DNA of 64,000 bases from Clostridia bacterium (GCA_017469545.1 JAFUGE010000006.1:95167-159166); one strand, 5' to 3'. Shown: positions 10,497 through 22,545, counted from the first letter of the stretch. Program-made: numbers and translations. The notes: generated by a model from the letters alone, not told the origin.

Positions 10497-10982
<486 letters not shown>

Positions 10983-11028
10983 TTGATTGCAAATTAATTT
11001 ACAAATTTGATAAAGAGGAGGAAATAAA

Positions 11029-13113
11029 GTGGCAACCGGAAAGAGAGAGTTTTCTTTAGAGAAGACTAGAAATATCGGAATAATGGCTCACATTGATGCT
11101 GGTAAAACAACAACAACAGAGCGTATATTATTCTATACAGGTAAGACACATAAAATCGGTGAAGTTCACGATGGTGCTGCTACTATGGACTGGATGGTTC
11201 AAGAGCAAGAAAGAGGTATTACAATTACTTCTGCTGCTACAACTTGTTTCTGGAAAGGCCATAGAATCAATATCATTGATACACCGGGCCACGTTGACTT
11301 TACAGTTGAGGTTGAGAGATCTTTAAGAGTACTTGACGGTAGCGTTGCAGTATTCACAGCAAAAGATGGTGTACAACCACAATCTGAGACGGTTTGGAGA
11401 CAAGCTAACAAGTACAACGTTCCAAGACTTGCGTATGTTAATAAAATGGATACAACAGGTGCAGATTTCTACAATGTTGTAAACAAAATTAGAGATAGAT
11501 TACACGCAAATCCAGTTCCAATACAATTACCAATTGGAGCGGAAGATACTTTCGTAGGTATCGTTGACCTTATGAAAATGAGAGCTTTCATTCATAAGGA
11601 CGACCTTGGAAAAGAAATTGAGGAAACAGATATTCCAGCTGACTTGAAAGAGAAAGCTGAAGAGTTCAGAGCGCAAATGATTGAAGCTGCTGCCGAACAA
11701 GACGATGCATTGATGGAGAAATATTTAGAGGGCGGCGAATTGACGATTGAAGAAATCAAGAAAGGCCTAAGAATAGGAACACTTGCTTGTAAGCTTACAG
11801 TTGTAACTTGCGGTTCTTCATATAAGAATAAAGGCGTTCAAGAATTACTTGACGCAATTCTTGATTACATGCCTGCTCCAATCGATGTACCAGCAATTAA
11901 GGGCGTTAACCCAGAAACAGGCGAAGAGGAAGAGAGACCTTCTTCAGACGAAGAGCCTTTCGCAGCGTTAGCATTTAAGATTGCGACAGACCCATTCGTT
12001 GGAAAGCTTTGCTTCTTCAGAGTTTATTCAGGAACTCTTGAGACAGGTACAACAGTACTTAATACAAACAAAGATAAGAGAGAAAGATTTGGTAGAATTC
12101 TATTAATGCACTCTAACCACAGAGAAGATATCGAGAAAGTATATTCTGGAGATATCGCTGCGGCTGTAGGACTAAAGGATGTTACTACTGGCGAAACACT
12201 TTGTGATCCAGCACATCCAATCGTTCTTGAGTCAATGGAATTCCCAGAACCAGTTATTTCTGTTGCAATCGAGCCTAAGACAAAGGCTGACCAAGAAAAG
12301 ATGGGTATTGCACTTTCAAAGCTTGCTGAGGAAGACCCAACTTTCAAGACGTATACAGACCAAGAAACTGGCCAAACAATTATTTCTGGTATGGGTGAGC
12401 TACACCTTGACATTATCGTTGACCGTTTGAAGAGAGAATTCAAGGTTGAATGTAATGTTGGTGCACCACAAGTTGCATACAAAGAAACAATTAGAAATAA
12501 AGTAAAAGCACAAGGTAAATTCATTAGACAGTCTGGTGGTAAAGGACAATACGGTGACGTATGGCTAGAGCTTGAGCCACTTGAACCAGGAACTGGAATT
12601 CAGTTCGAGTCTAAAATCGTTGGTGGTGCCGTTCCTAAGGAATACATCAAACCAACAGAAGATGGATTTAGAGAGGCTTGCAATACTGGTATCCTTGCTG
12701 GTTACCCAGTAGTAGATGTCAAAGCAACATTAGTAGATGGTTCATATCACGAAGTTGACTCTTCAGAAATGGCCTTCAAGATTGCTGCATCTATGGCATT
12801 CAAAGAGTGCTGTAAGCTAGGAAAATCAGTTCTTTTAGAGCCGATTATGAAAGTTGAAATTGTTGTTCCAGAAGAATATATGGGCGACGTTATCGGCGAT
12901 GTCAACTCAAGAAGAGGTAGGCTAGAAGGAATGGAAGCACAATCTGGTAACCAAGTAATCCATGCATTCATTCCACTTTCAGAGATGTTTGGTTATGCAA
13001 CAGACTTAAGATCTAGAACACAAGGTAGAGGAACTTATTCTATGGAACCAAGCCATAACGAAGAAGTGCCTAAGTCAATTCTAGAGGCAATTACAGCGCA
13101 AAGAGCAAAATAA
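11029..13113 (+). CDS. fusA: elongation factor G
   Basis: AHIDAGKTT and DTPGHVDF G-domain motifs, 694 aa. Confidence 0.95.
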   Translation: MATGKREFSLEKTRNIGIMAHIDAGKTTTTERILFYTGKTHKIGEVHDGAATMDWMVQEQERGITITSAATTCFWKGHRINIIDTPGHVDFTVEVERSLRVLDGSVAVFTAKDGVQPQSETVWRQANKYNVPRLAYVNKMDTTGADFYNVVNKIRDRLHANPVPIQLPIGAEDTFVGIVDLMKMRAFIHKDDLGKEIEETDIPADLKEKAEEFRAQMIEAAAEQDDALMEKYLEGGELTIEEIKKGLRIGTLACKLTVVTCGSSYKNKGVQELLDAILDYMPAPIDVPAIKGVNPETGEEEERPSSDEEPFAALAFKIATDPFVGKLCFFRVYSGTLETGTTVLNTNKDKRERFGRILLMHSNHREDIEKVYSGDIAAAVGLKDVTTGETLCDPAHPIVLESMEFPEPVISVAIEPKTKADQEKMGIALSKLAEEDPTFKTYTDQETGQTIISGMGELHLDIIVDRLKREFKVECNVGAPQVAYKETIRNKVKAQGKFIRQSGGKGQYGDVWLELEPLEPGTGIQFESKIVGGAVPKEYIKPTEDGFREACNTGILAGYPVVDVKATLVDGSYHEVDSSEMAFKIAASMAFKECCKLGKSVLLEPIMKVEIVVPEEYMGDVIGDVNSRRGRLEGMEAQSGNQVIHAFIPLSEMFGYATDLRSRTQGRGTYSMEPSHNEEVPKSILEAITAQRAK

Positions 13114-13134
13114 AAATGGATATTATGAATAATC

Positions 13135-13161
13135 CGTAGGGGTTGCGTACGACGCAACCCG
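13135..13161 (+). repeat. REP-like repeat, variant GGGTTGCG...CGCAACCC
   Basis: CGTAGGGGTTGCGTACGACGCAACCCG between fusA and tuf. Confidence 0.8.
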
Positions 13162-13272
13162 CAAGAAAAATTAAAAACATCTTGAAAATTTGAGATATAA
13201 TTAGTAAAATGTTTTTAACAAAAATGATTTCAAAATTTAAAAATATAAAAAAATAAAAGGAGGAAATTTATA

Positions 13273-14475
13273 ATGGCTAAAGAGACATTCGTAAGAAACA
13301 AACCACACGTTAACATTGGTACAATCGGACACGTTGACCATGGCAAAACTACTTTAACAGCTGCTATCACAAAAGTATTATCTTTAAAGGGAGAAGCTGA
13401 ATTCAAAGCTTATGACCAAATCGACGGTGCTCCAGAAGAAAGAGCAAGAGGTATTACAATCAATACTGCTCACGTTGAGTATGAAACAGAAAACAGACAC
13501 TATGCACACGTTGACTGCCCAGGACACGCTGACTATGTTAAAAACATGATCACTGGTGCTGCACAAATGGATGGTGCTATCCTAGTTTTATCTCCAGCTG
13601 ATGGCCCAATGCCACAAACAAGAGATCACATTATACTAGCTCGTCAGGTAGGCGTTCCTTATATCGTAGTATTCCTAAACAAATGCGATATGGTTGACGA
13701 CCCAGAAATATTAGACTTAGTTGAAATGGAAGTTAGAGAATTATTATCTAAATATGACTTCCCAGGCGACGACACACCAATCATTAAGGGCAGCGCTCTT
13801 AAAGTTTTGGAAAGCACATCAACAGATCCAAATGCTCCAGAATATGCTTGCATTAAAGAGTTAATGGATACAATTGATAGCTATATCCCAACTCCAGAAA
13901 GACCAGTTGACCAACCATTCCTAATGCCAGTTGAAGACGTATTCACAATTACTGGTAGAGGAACAGTTGCTACAGGTAGAGTTGAAAGAGGAACAGTTAA
14001 ACTTCAAGACGAAGTTGAAATCGTTGGTATCGCTAAAGAGACAAAGAAGACAGTTGTTACAGGTGTTGAGATGTTCAGAAAACTTCTTGACCAAGCTGAG
14101 GCTGGTGATAACATCGGTGTTCTTTTAAGAGGTATTCAAAGAAACGAAATTGAAAGAGGCCAAGTATTAGCTAAACCAGGTACAATTCACCCACACACAA
14201 AGTTCAAGGGTCAAGTATACGTTTTAACTAAGGAAGAGGGCGGAAGACATACACCATTCTTCAACAACTACAGACCACAATTCTATTTCAGAACAACTGA
14301 CGTTACAGGTGTTGTTCAATTACCTGCTGGTACAGAAATGGTTATGCCAGGTGATAACATCACAATGGATATCGAAATTATCTCTCCTATCGCTATTGAG
14401 CAAGGATTGAAGTTCGCTATTCGTGAAGGTGGTAGAACAGTTGGCGCTGGTATCGTTACAGAAATCGAAGCGTAA
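13273..14475 (+). CDS. tuf: elongation factor Tu
   Basis: [14 protein letters not shown] and NKCD motifs. Confidence 0.95.
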   Translation: MAKETFVRNKPHVNIGTIGHVDHGKTTLTAAITKVLSLKGEAEFKAYDQIDGAPEERARGITINTAHVEYETENRHYAHVDCPGHADYVKNMITGAAQMDGAILVLSPADGPMPQTRDHIILARQVGVPYIVVFLNKCDMVDDPEILDLVEMEVRELLSKYDFPGDDTPIIKGSALKVLESTSTDPNAPEYACIKELMDTIDSYIPTPERPVDQPFLMPVEDVFTITGRGTVATGRVERGTVKLQDEVEIVGIAKETKKTVVTGVEMFRKLLDQAEAGDNIGVLLRGIQRNEIERGQVLAKPGTIHPHTKFKGQVYVLTKEEGGRHTPFFNNYRPQFYFRTTDVTGVVQLPAGTEMVMPGDNITMDIEIISPIAIEQGLKFAIREGGRTVGAGIVTEIEA

Positions 14476-14498
14476 TTGATATTTAGGCATAAATTTTA

Positions 14499-14530
14499 AA
14501 AAAGGCGACGTGAAAACGTTGCCTTTTTTT
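14499..14530 (+). terminator. rho-independent terminator after tuf
   Basis: AAAAAGGCGACGTGAAAACGTTGCCTTTTTTTG. Confidence 0.65.
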
Positions 14531-14643
14531 GTGTCTTGTATTATAATCTTAAAAGTATACTACTTGGTCAAATTGATTGAAAAATATAATAAATGTAGTA
14601 CAATATACATATATCTGTATCAAAGCAGATGAAAGGAGCAGGT

Positions 14644-15654
14644 ATGAAAATATTACTTGACGCAATGGGCGGAGACAATAGTCCTGACGAAATGATTAAG
14701 GGCGCCGTAGAGGCGATTCCAGATTTAGAGTCAGAGATTATTTTAATCGGTGACGAAAATGTCATAAAAAACAAAGTCAAGGAAATATATAATAAAGAGG
14801 ATATTTCAGAAATTAGTCCTAGATTGAAAATCAAACACGCATCAGAAGTCATTTCTAATGAAGAAACGCCTACAGAGGCCATCAAAACCAAAAAAGATTC
14901 TTCGATGGTAGTTGGTTTCCAAATGCTAAAAAATGGCGAGGGAGACGTATTTGTATCGGCAGGAAGCACAGGTGCTTTTATGGCAGGAGGATTACTTCAA
15001 GTGGGCAGAATTAAAGGCGTTGATAGGCCAGCGCTATGTCCAATGCTTCCTACGTATGACGGAAAAGGTTTTATGCTAATTGATTGTGGCGCTAATACGA
15101 ATTGCCGCCCTATTAATTTAGTCCAGTTTGCGAAGATTGGCTCGATTTATATGCAGCAAGTGGAGAAGAGGGAAAATCCTAAGGTGGGACTTCTTAACAT
15201 TGGTGCCGAGGAAAGCAAGGGAAACGACTTATTAAAAGAGTCTTATGCACAGCTTAAAGAGGCAAAGGATATTCATTTTTACGGTAACGTAGAGGGAAGA
15301 TATATCTTTGATGGCGATGTAGATATCGTGGTTGCCGATGGTTTTACCGGAAATATTACCTTAAAGGTAATCGAAGGAATGGGCGCGACGGTCAATAAAA
15401 TGCTGAAAGAAGAACTTTACAAAACGCCTTGGAGAAAATTTTTAGCATTTTTGCTAATGCCAGCATTTAAAAATTTCAAAAAGAGAATGGACTATAGCGA
15501 GTATGGAGGCGCTTTGCTATTAGGTATCAATAAGCCTATGGTAAAATGCCACGGAAGCGCGAAAGCAAAGCTTGTAAAAATTACTTTATTACAAGCAGAG
15601 AAATTTGCAAAGAATAAAGTAGTAGAAAGTATACAAGAAAATATTGACAAATAA
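14644..15654 (+). CDS. plsX: phosphate acyltransferase PlsX
   Basis: MKILLDAMGGDNSP... The gene lies directly after tuf instead of rpsJ, which is unusual synteny. Confidence 0.9.
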   Translation: MKILLDAMGGDNSPDEMIKGAVEAIPDLESEIILIGDENVIKNKVKEIYNKEDISEISPRLKIKHASEVISNEETPTEAIKTKKDSSMVVGFQMLKNGEGDVFVSAGSTGAFMAGGLLQVGRIKGVDRPALCPMLPTYDGKGFMLIDCGANTNCRPINLVQFAKIGSIYMQQVEKRENPKVGLLNIGAEESKGNDLLKESYAQLKEAKDIHFYGNVEGRYIFDGDVDIVVADGFTGNITLKVIEGMGATVNKMLKEELYKTPWRKFLAFLLMPAFKNFKKRMDYSEYGGALLLGINKPMVKCHGSAKAKLVKITLLQAEKFAKNKVVESIQENIDK

Positions 15655-15714
15655 TTAATTATATAATATTGTTATTCTATGAGTAGTAGAAAACAAAAGA
15701 AGGGGGTTTTTGGA

Positions 15715-15954
15715 GTGAATCCAGATGCAATTTTAGAAAAAGTAAAAGAGGTAATTGTTGATCAACTAGGTGTTGACGAAGAAATCATTAAGACGGATAC
15801 GTCTTTCATTGACGATTTAGGCGCAGACTCTTTGGATATTGTTGAGTTAATTTTGGCATTAGAAGAAGAATTCGATATTCAAATTCCAGATAACGAAGCT
15901 GAGAAGATTTCTACAGTGGGAGATGTAGTAGAGTATATTAAAAATAACCAATAA
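15715..15954 (+). CDS. acpP: acyl carrier protein (GTG start)
   Basis: [14 protein letters not shown] phosphopantetheine-attachment motif. RBS GAAGGGGG lies before the GTG. Confidence 0.85.
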   Translation: MNPDAILEKVKEVIVDQLGVDEEIIKTDTSFIDDLGADSLDIVELILALEEEFDIQIPDNEAEKISTVGDVVEYIKNNQ

Positions 15955-15971
15955 ATTTTATTAATGTGTAT

Positions 15972-15998
15972 TGTAGGGGCAGCGTATCACGCTGCCCG
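15972..15998 (+). repeat. REP-like GTAG-hairpin repeat
   Basis: TGTAGGGGCAGCGTATCACGCTGCCCG, followed by the ACGAACTGCGTTA module. Confidence 0.85.
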
Positions 15999-16034
15999 TT
16001 TCGTACGAACTGCGTTATATAAGGAGGTGAATAT

Positions 16035-16682
16035 ATGAGTATTGAACAAGAAATTAATTATGAGTTTCATAATAAAGAATTGTTGCAAGTGGCATTGGCG
16101 CACACTTCTTATGCTAACGAGCATAAGGGACAAGCTAGCAATGAGCGAACGGAGTATTTGGGAGATGCCGTTTTAGAGCTAATTTCTAGCGAGTATATTT
16201 TTAAAAATTACCCGAATTTATCGGAGGGCGAAATGACGAAAGCCAGAGCATATGCAGTTTGCGAGAATTCTTTAGTAAAGGTGGCAAGCAAATATCATTT
16301 TGAAAAATTTTTGCTGTTAGGAAAGTGTGAAACATCTGGGCCAAGGCCTTCTATGCTAGCAGATAGTGTGGAGGCTGTGATTGGCGCAATCTTCTTAGAT
16401 AGCGGATTTGAAGCCGCCAAAGCCTTTATTTTGCCAAACATTATTCCGTTTATCGAAGAGTTTGTCAAAGGCGGAAATAAAGATTATAAAACACAATTGC
16501 AAGAGAAATTGCAAGTTCACGGCGATGTCAAAATCGAGTATAAACTAATTGCAGAAAGAGGCGAAGACCACGAAAAAGTCTTCGAAGTAGAAGTATATTG
16601 CGACAGCAAATTATTAGGCAAAGGACAGGGAAAGAGCAAAAAAGAAGCAGAGATGGAGGCCGCAAAGGCAGCACTACAATAA
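16035..16682 (+). CDS. rnc: ribonuclease III
   Basis: ERLEYLGDAVLEL catalytic signature and a C-terminal dsRBD. Confidence 0.9.
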   Translation: MSIEQEINYEFHNKELLQVALAHTSYANEHKGQASNERTEYLGDAVLELISSEYIFKNYPNLSEGEMTKARAYAVCENSLVKVASKYHFEKFLLLGKCETSGPRPSMLADSVEAVIGAIFLDSGFEAAKAFILPNIIPFIEEFVKGGNKDYKTQLQEKLQVHGDVKIEYKLIAERGEDHEKVFEVEVYCDSKLLGKGQGKSKKEAEMEAAKAALQ

Positions 16683-16686
16683 GATT

Positions 16687-16713
16687 TGTAGGGGCAGCGT
16701 ATCACGCTGCCCG
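16687..16713 (+). repeat. REP-like GTAG-hairpin repeat
   Basis: TGTAGGGGCAGCGTATCACGCTGCCCG, followed by AAAACGAATTGCGTTA. Confidence 0.85.
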
Positions 16714-16760
16714 CTAGCAAAAACGAATTGCGTTAGAGCCACAAAAAACGAATGCCAGAA

Positions 16761-16795
16761 AAAATACCAACAAATAGTTGGTATTTTTTTGTTGT
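16761..16795 (+). terminator. terminator downstream of rnc
   Basis: AAATACCAAC-AAAT-AGTTGGTATTTTTTT. Confidence 0.6.
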
Positions 16796-16826
16796 TGTGA
16801 TACAATTGTCTCGTAGGAGTGATGGT

Positions 16827-17918
16827 ATGAAAAACGTGCTAATATCGGGCTATTATGGATTTAACAATACGGGCGACGAAGCAATGATTGAGACGATGTC
16901 AAACATCCTTGCCAAGCGTAATTATGGCCTTATTGTGTTATCTTCTAATCCAGAAAGAACGAAAGAGTTATATAATGTGAGAGCGTATGATCGATATAAA
17001 CTTTCAGAAGTTATCAAAGCCATTAAGAAAGCGGATGTTGTGGTAAGTGGCGGCGGAACTTTGTTTCAAGATATTACGAGTAAAAAAAGCATTTGGTATT
17101 ATCTTGGTATTGTGAAGCTTGCCCAATTGCTTGGCAAAAAAGTTTGTGTGGCTTATCAGGGTATGGGCCCAATTGATACCAAATTATATCGTCGTATGAC
17201 AAGAAACACACTCAATAAAAAGTCTGTCAAATACGTAGCGCTAAGAGATAATAGTGCGATAGAGTTTGCGAAAAATATTGGAATTAAAGAAGAGAAAATT
17301 TCGTTTTCTTCCGATATGATTTTTATGATGGACCCTCCTGCCAAAGAGAGAAGTCTAAAAATTTTGAGAGATAATTTGCACGGATATAAAGAGGGACAAA
17401 AGTTAATTGGACTATCCATTAGAGAATGGAAAGATAAAGATAGAACCGATTTATTTGCGGAATTTGCGGATAAGCTAGTGGAAGAGTACGATGCGAGAAT
17501 TGTTTTCTTCCCGTTCCACAAGCCAAAGGACGCGGAAATCAGCAAGATTGTGATGCATAAAATGAAGCACGAGGATGCGGCGGCGTTAATCCCAAATCGA
17601 TATTTGCCTTCGGAAGTCCTTGGCACAATGGGACTTATGGATGTTAATATCGGCGTAAGACTACATTCACTGGTTTTCTCAGCCGTTATGAACGTGCCAA
17701 CCATTGGCATATCGTATGACCCGAAAATTGATGGCTTTTTGGAGATGATTGATATGAGGCCGGCATGCACTTACAGCGAATTGTCAGTAGAAAAATTGAT
17801 GGAACATACAAAAAAATATATTGAGGGAGAAAAAGTGGATTACAGCGCCAAGATAAAGGAATTTAGACGCATTGGCGAAGAAACTTTGGACAAAATAATA
17901 GACGAAATAGAAAATTGA
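16827..17918 (+). CDS. csaB: polysaccharide pyruvyl transferase CsaB
   Basis: N-terminal GYYGxxNxGDEA motif of the pyruvyl transferase family. Start set at MKNVL, which has an RBS. Confidence 0.8.
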   Translation: MKNVLISGYYGFNNTGDEAMIETMSNILAKRNYGLIVLSSNPERTKELYNVRAYDRYKLSEVIKAIKKADVVVSGGGTLFQDITSKKSIWYYLGIVKLAQLLGKKVCVAYQGMGPIDTKLYRRMTRNTLNKKSVKYVALRDNSAIEFAKNIGIKEEKISFSSDMIFMMDPPAKERSLKILRDNLHGYKEGQKLIGLSIREWKDKDRTDLFAEFADKLVEEYDARIVFFPFHKPKDAEISKIVMHKMKHEDAAALIPNRYLPSEVLGTMGLMDVNIGVRLHSLVFSAVMNVPTIGISYDPKIDGFLEMIDMRPACTYSELSVEKLMEHTKKYIEGEKVDYSAKIKEFRRIGEETLDKIIDEIEN

Positions 17919-17929
17919 GGACGGATAAA

Positions 17930-18767
17930 ATGAAAAAAGATATTTTTAAATTTGTGTTAGCAATTCTTCGGAGGTGCACTGGTAGGCCTTGCTACTGGAT
18001 GGATACTGCTTCCTCTAAAGCTTTCTACGGGAGGATTTAGCGGAATTTCTACGCTAGTATACTATGTGTTTCACATCCCGGCTGGCTGGGTAACACTTGC
18101 GTTAAACATTCCGTTATTTTTAGTTTCGCTAAAAATGCTAGGAGTTAAATATAGTTTTAAAACATTGGCAAGTATGGTTTCTTTATCGTTTATGCTAGAA
18201 GTGGCACAGAGATGGCAGCCGCTGACGAATGATATGATTCTCGCTTCGATTTTTGGAGGGGTGTTGGTTGGCATTGGCCTTGCGCTTGCCCTAAGAGGAG
18301 AAAGCACAACAGGCGGAACAGATTTAATTGCAAAGCTTATTCAATCGAAAAAACAATATTTGAATATGGGCGATATTTTGTTATTAATTGATGGACTCAT
18401 TATTTTGGCTTCTTCTTTTACGTTTGAAAGTATCGAAGTTGCTTTGTATTCAGGCATTGCAGTATTCGTTATGACGAAGATAATTGATTTGATTTTGGAT
18501 GGCGGAAATTACGCAAAAGCAATGTTTATCATTTCAGATAAATCGGAAGAAATTTCAAGGTATATTACCAATGAAATCGGCTTGGGAGCTACGATTTTAG
18601 ACGGTAAGGGCGCCTACTCGCACAAAGATAAAAATGTACTTTTGTGTGTGGCAAACAAAAGAGAAATTCCAAAATTGAAAGACAAGATAAAAGAAATAGA
18701 CGATAGATGCTTTATCATAATTACTACGGTGACGGAGGCGATTGGCGAGGGCTGGAATGAAAAATAA
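17930..18767 (+). pseudogene. YitT-family membrane protein (DUF161 + DUF2179), broken by a +1 frameshift near 17969
   Basis: MKKDIFKFVLAIL is in frame 1. The remainder (FFGGALVGLATGW...) continues in frame 2 into ORF 18066..18767. Removing C17969 restores ...LAILGGALVGL. Confidence 0.6.
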
Positions 18768-18780
18768 ATGTATCAAAACG

Positions 18781-18807
18781 CGTAGGGGCAGCGTATGACG
18801 CTGCCCG
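18781..18807 (+). repeat. REP-like repeat
   Basis: CGTAGGGGCAGCGTATGACGCTGCCCG. Confidence 0.8.
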
Positions 18808-18824
18808 AAATGAAAGGAGATTTT

Positions 18825-19592
18825 ATGGAACTAACTGAAATTGCAAGAGAAGTGAGAAAAGATATTTTGCTCCAAGTGTACAGTGCACAGTCGGGGCACC
18901 CAGGAGGAGCACTTTCGTGTGCAGATTTACTTACGAGCATTTATTTTGATTTGATTAACGAGGGAGATAAAGTGGTTCTATCGAAAGGGCACGCATCTCC
19001 AGCGTTATATGCTGTGCTTGCGGAGAAAGGATTTTTTCCAAAAGAAGAGTTAACGACATTTCGAAAAATCAATAGTCATTTGCAGGGGCATCCATCGCTT
19101 TTAAAAACAAATGGGGTTGATGCTTCCAGTGGTTCTTTGGGGCAGGGGCTATCGATTGCAAATGGAATGGCGCTTGCGTTTAAAATGGACAACAAGCCAA
19201 ATACAGTATATGCTATTTTAGGTGATGGCGAATTGCAAGAGGGCCAAATTTGGGAAGCGGCTATGACAGCAAATCAGTATCGTTTAAATAATTTGATTGT
19301 GTTTGTGGATTATAACAAGTTGCAGATTGATGGCTCGAATGACGAAGTAATGCAGGTTGCGCCTGTCAAAGAAAAATTTGAAGCATTTGGTTTTTTTGCA
19401 CAAGAAATTGATGGACACAATTTTGAAGCAATTAGAGAAGCGGTTATGAAAGCGAAAGCACAAGAAAAGCCAAGTGTCATTGTCGCCAACACCATAAAAG
19501 GAAAAGGTGTGTTGTTTATGGAAAATCAAGTTTCATGGCACGGTAAGGCACCAAACAAAGAACAATATGAAAAGGCGGTGAAAGAACTGTAG
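18825..19592 (+). CDS. transketolase, N-terminal (TPP-binding) subunit
   Basis: SGHPGGALS and GDGELQEG motifs. Its TAG stop is supplied by the REP-like repeat. Confidence 0.85.
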   Translation: MELTEIAREVRKDILLQVYSAQSGHPGGALSCADLLTSIYFDLINEGDKVVLSKGHASPALYAVLAEKGFFPKEELTTFRKINSHLQGHPSLLKTNGVDASSGSLGQGLSIANGMALAFKMDNKPNTVYAILGDGELQEGQIWEAAMTANQYRLNNLIVFVDYNKLQIDGSNDEVMQVAPVKEKFEAFGFFAQEIDGHNFEAIREAVMKAKAQEKPSVIVANTIKGKGVLFMENQVSWHGKAPNKEQYEKAVKEL

Positions 19593-19642
19593 GGGTGGCG
19601 TATTACGCCACCCGCGGGCAGCGTGCTACGCTGCCCCTACAG
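19588..19642. repeat. inverted pair of REP-like repeats forming a 55-nt palindrome
   Basis: CTGTAGGGGTGGCGTATTACGCCACCCG + CGGGCAGCGTGCTACGCTGCCCCTACAG. Confidence 0.85.
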
Positions 19643-19748
19643 TAATTTTGGGGGGCTCAAATGGAATTTATTAAGATGGCAAAAATGGGTTTCGCATTTT
19701 TGCAAGAGCCCCCAAAAACGAATTGCGTTACATTAAGGAGGTAATGAA

Positions 19749-20660
19749 ATGATTTCGACAAGAGAGGCATACGGCAAGGCTTTGGCGGAATTGGGAGAGA
19801 AGTACAAGGATGTGGTAGTTTTGGATGCGGATTTGGCCGAGGCTACCAAAACAATTGAATTTAAGAAAAAGTTTCCAGATAGATTTTTTGATATAGGTAT
19901 TGCAGAACAAGATTTAATCGGCACGGCAGCGGGACTTTCGCTTGCTGGCAAAATTCCGTTTGCAAGTACTTTTGCTGTTTTTGCAACGGGAAGAGCGTAC
20001 GATCAAATTAGAAATGCAGTTGCTTATTCTAAATTAAATGTGAAGATTGCGGCTACTCATGCTGGCATTACTGTTGGCGAGGATGGGGCTTCCCATCAAG
20101 CTTTGGAGGATTTGGCATTGATGCGAGCTGTACCAAACATGGTGGTTTGCTCTCCTTCTGATGGGACACAAACAAGGTGGTTAATGGAAGAAGCAATCAA
20201 ATATAAAGGGCCAATGTATCTACGTTTAACGAGACCAAATACAGAAGAAGTTTATAGTTCGGGTACTAACTTTGAAATTGGAAAGGGAATACAACACGGT
20301 GAAGGAACAGCTGCTACTATATTTGCAACAGGTGTTACAGTTAGTGAAGCATTAAAAGCACAGAAAATTCTTCACGACGGGGGAATCGACATTAGAGTGG
20401 TAGATATGCATACGATTAAACCGATTGACGAAGAGCTGATTATCAAATGTGCAAAAGAAACAGAAAAATTAATTACAATCGAAGACCATAATATTATTGG
20501 AGGACTAGGAAGCGCGGTTTGTGAAGTGCTTTGCGATAAATATCCTAAGCAAGTTACGAGAATGGGCATCAACGACGAATTTGGCCAATCAGGAAAATGG
20601 AATGAACTAATGGATTACTATAAAATAACAGCAGAGCATATTATAAAAAATGTCATATAA
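19749..20660 (+). CDS. transketolase, C-terminal subunit
   Basis: Pyrimidine-binding and C-terminal domains. Follows the N-terminal subunit, as in split tkt genes. Confidence 0.85.
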   Translation: MISTREAYGKALAELGEKYKDVVVLDADLAEATKTIEFKKKFPDRFFDIGIAEQDLIGTAAGLSLAGKIPFASTFAVFATGRAYDQIRNAVAYSKLNVKIAATHAGITVGEDGASHQALEDLALMRAVPNMVVCSPSDGTQTRWLMEEAIKYKGPMYLRLTRPNTEEVYSSGTNFEIGKGIQHGEGTAATIFATGVTVSEALKAQKILHDGGIDIRVVDMHTIKPIDEELIIKCAKETEKLITIEDHNIIGGLGSAVCEVLCDKYPKQVTRMGINDEFGQSGKWNELMDYYKITAEHIIKNVI

Positions 20661-20662
20661 TT

Positions 20663-20689
20663 TGTAGGGGCAGCGCACTACGCTGCCCG
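20663..20689 (+). repeat. REP-like repeat
   Basis: TGTAGGGGCAGCGCACTACGCTGCCCG. Confidence 0.85.
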
Positions 20690-20837
20690 TGCTATGTTGC
20701 CTGCATTAAATGCCAGATAAAAATATTATTTTGTGAAAAAAGTGTGAATTTTGCACTTTTTTCTTTTTTATGTCAAACTAGGGGTTGATTTTATCGAATT
20801 TTATTGATAAAATTTATTTGCCAATTGAAATTCAATC

Positions 20838-20864
20838 CGTAGGGGTCGGCGTCTCGACGACCCG
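20838..20864 (+). repeat. REP-like repeat, GTCGGCG variant
   Basis: CGTAGGGGTCGGCGTCTCGACGACCCG, just upstream of ftsE. Confidence 0.8.
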
Positions 20865-20945
20865 AAAATGAAAATCAGATATGAATGCAGAAACCCCTAC
20901 AACATACCAAAGATAAGTGTATTAGTGAGTTCAGGGAGGTTAATA

Positions 20946-21638
20946 ATGATAAGGTTTGAAGAAGTGTCTAAGACTTATACTACAGGCGTTGAAGCTGTTA
21001 AGAACACTAACCTAGAAATCGACAAAGGAGAATTTGTTTTCATTGTAGGAAGCAGCGGTTGTGGAAAATCTACAATGATAAAAATGATTTTAAAAGAAGT
21101 TGAACCAAGTGAAGGAAGAATATATATAAATGGAAAAGATATTACAAGATTACCAAAAAGCAGAGTACCATATTTGAGAAGAAGTATGGGTATTGTGTTC
21201 CAAGATTTCAGATTGTTAGAAGATAAAACAGTTTATGAAAATGTTGCCTACGCAATGAGGGTTATCGGAGCAAACCCTAGAGCAATTAAAAAGCAAGTTC
21301 CGAATGTGTTATCGTTAGTTGGACTTTTAAATAAAGAATCGGCTTATCCAAATGAACTTTCTGGCGGAGAACAGCAGAGAGTGGCCGTGGCTAGGGCGAT
21401 TGTCAATAATCCAGTTATGCTAATTGCTGACGAGCCTACGGGTAATCTAGACCCAGAGACAGCTTGGGAGATTATGTCTTTATTAAACGACATTAATCGT
21501 CGCGGAACTACGGTTGTAGTGGCTACGCACGCGAAAGAAATCGTGGACAAGATGGAGAAGCGTGTTGTGGCAATTGATAAAGGTGTTATCTATAGCGACA
21601 TCAAGAAAGGCGGGTATGTAGAGCATGGGTACAATTAG
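20946..21638 (+). CDS. ftsE: cell division ATP-binding protein FtsE
   Basis: Walker A GSSGCGKST, LSGGEQQR signature. Overlaps the ftsX start. Confidence 0.9.
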   Translation: MIRFEEVSKTYTTGVEAVKNTNLEIDKGEFVFIVGSSGCGKSTMIKMILKEVEPSEGRIYINGKDITRLPKSRVPYLRRSMGIVFQDFRLLEDKTVYENVAYAMRVIGANPRAIKKQVPNVLSLVGLLNKESAYPNELSGGEQQRVAVARAIVNNPVMLIADEPTGNLDPETAWEIMSLLNDINRRGTTVVVATHAKEIVDKMEKRVVAIDKGVIYSDIKKGGYVEHGYN

Positions 21639-22506
21639 TTATTGGTTTTATGATGCTATTTCTAGTATGAAAAAGAATTTGAAAAATGTTTCTATTTCCA
21701 TTGGAACCATGATTGCAACCATGCTAGTAGTTGCGATTGCATTTATTGTGGTTGAGAATGCAAAGTATATGATTAATTTGCAAAAGGATAAAGCATCAAA
21801 GATTACAGCATATTTGACGCCAGATGTTACAGACGAACAAGTGGTAGAGATTCGAAATGAGCTTAATAAAATGAGCGGTGTAAAGGAGTTTTCTTATACG
21901 ACTAAAGAAGAGGCTATCAAGAAAACAAGAGAGGAAAATCCTACACTTTTGAAAGGGTATACAGACGAAGTGGTGGAGTCATTCTTTTCCGCCTATTATA
22001 CAATCACTTTTGAGTCATTAGAAGCGGAAGAAAATATTGTTGCTGCACTAAGAGTCATGGACGGAGTTGGCAAAGAAAAAGAAGATATTCAAGTGACAGA
22101 TAGTGCTGTGGAAGCAATCAAAAAAGCGAGAACCGTTCAGGCAATTGGTTTGACGCTCCTATTACTTGTTGTGGAATTATCCGTTTTCTTGATTATGAAT
22201 TCTACGAAATTAATGCTTTATGCGAAGAGAAAAGAAATTTCGATTATGAAGTACGTAGGAGCGACGGATGGATTTATTAAGGTGCCATTTATTATTCAGG
22301 CGATTATCATTGCGCTGATTGCGGCGCTTGTGACAATGCTATTGGTGAATATCTTTTATGGAATTGTGGCTGGTAAGATGGCTACATATAATTTACTTGC
22401 GAGCGAAGACATTATGTTTAAATTGACATTAATTTTATTAGCGGTAGGTACGGGAATTGGTATTATTGGAAGTTCAGTATCTATGAATAAGTATTTGGAT
22501 GTATAA
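21625..22506 (+). CDS. ftsX: cell division permease FtsX
   Basis: Four-TM FtsX topology. Directly follows ftsE. Confidence 0.85.
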   Translation: MGTISYWFYDAISSMKKNLKNVSISIGTMIATMLVVAIAFIVVENAKYMINLQKDKASKITAYLTPDVTDEQVVEIRNELNKMSGVKEFSYTTKEEAIKKTREENPTLLKGYTDEVVESFFSAYYTITFESLEAEENIVAALRVMDGVGKEKEDIQVTDSAVEAIKKARTVQAIGLTLLLLVVELSVFLIMNSTKLMLYAKRKEISIMKYVGATDGFIKVPFIIQAIIIALIAALVTMLLVNIFYGIVAGKMATYNLLASEDIMFKLTLILLAVGTGIGIIGSSVSMNKYLDV

Positions 22507-22545
22507 ATTTTTATTGAGATTGTTCAATAAAAGAGGAGGGAACAA

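Noticed and set aside
11093-12524. Several 70-170-aa ORFs in alternative frames or strands inside fusA, and similar ones inside tuf, prkC, topB and dnaX
   Set aside because: They are embedded in strongly supported conserved genes and are typical shadow ORFs.
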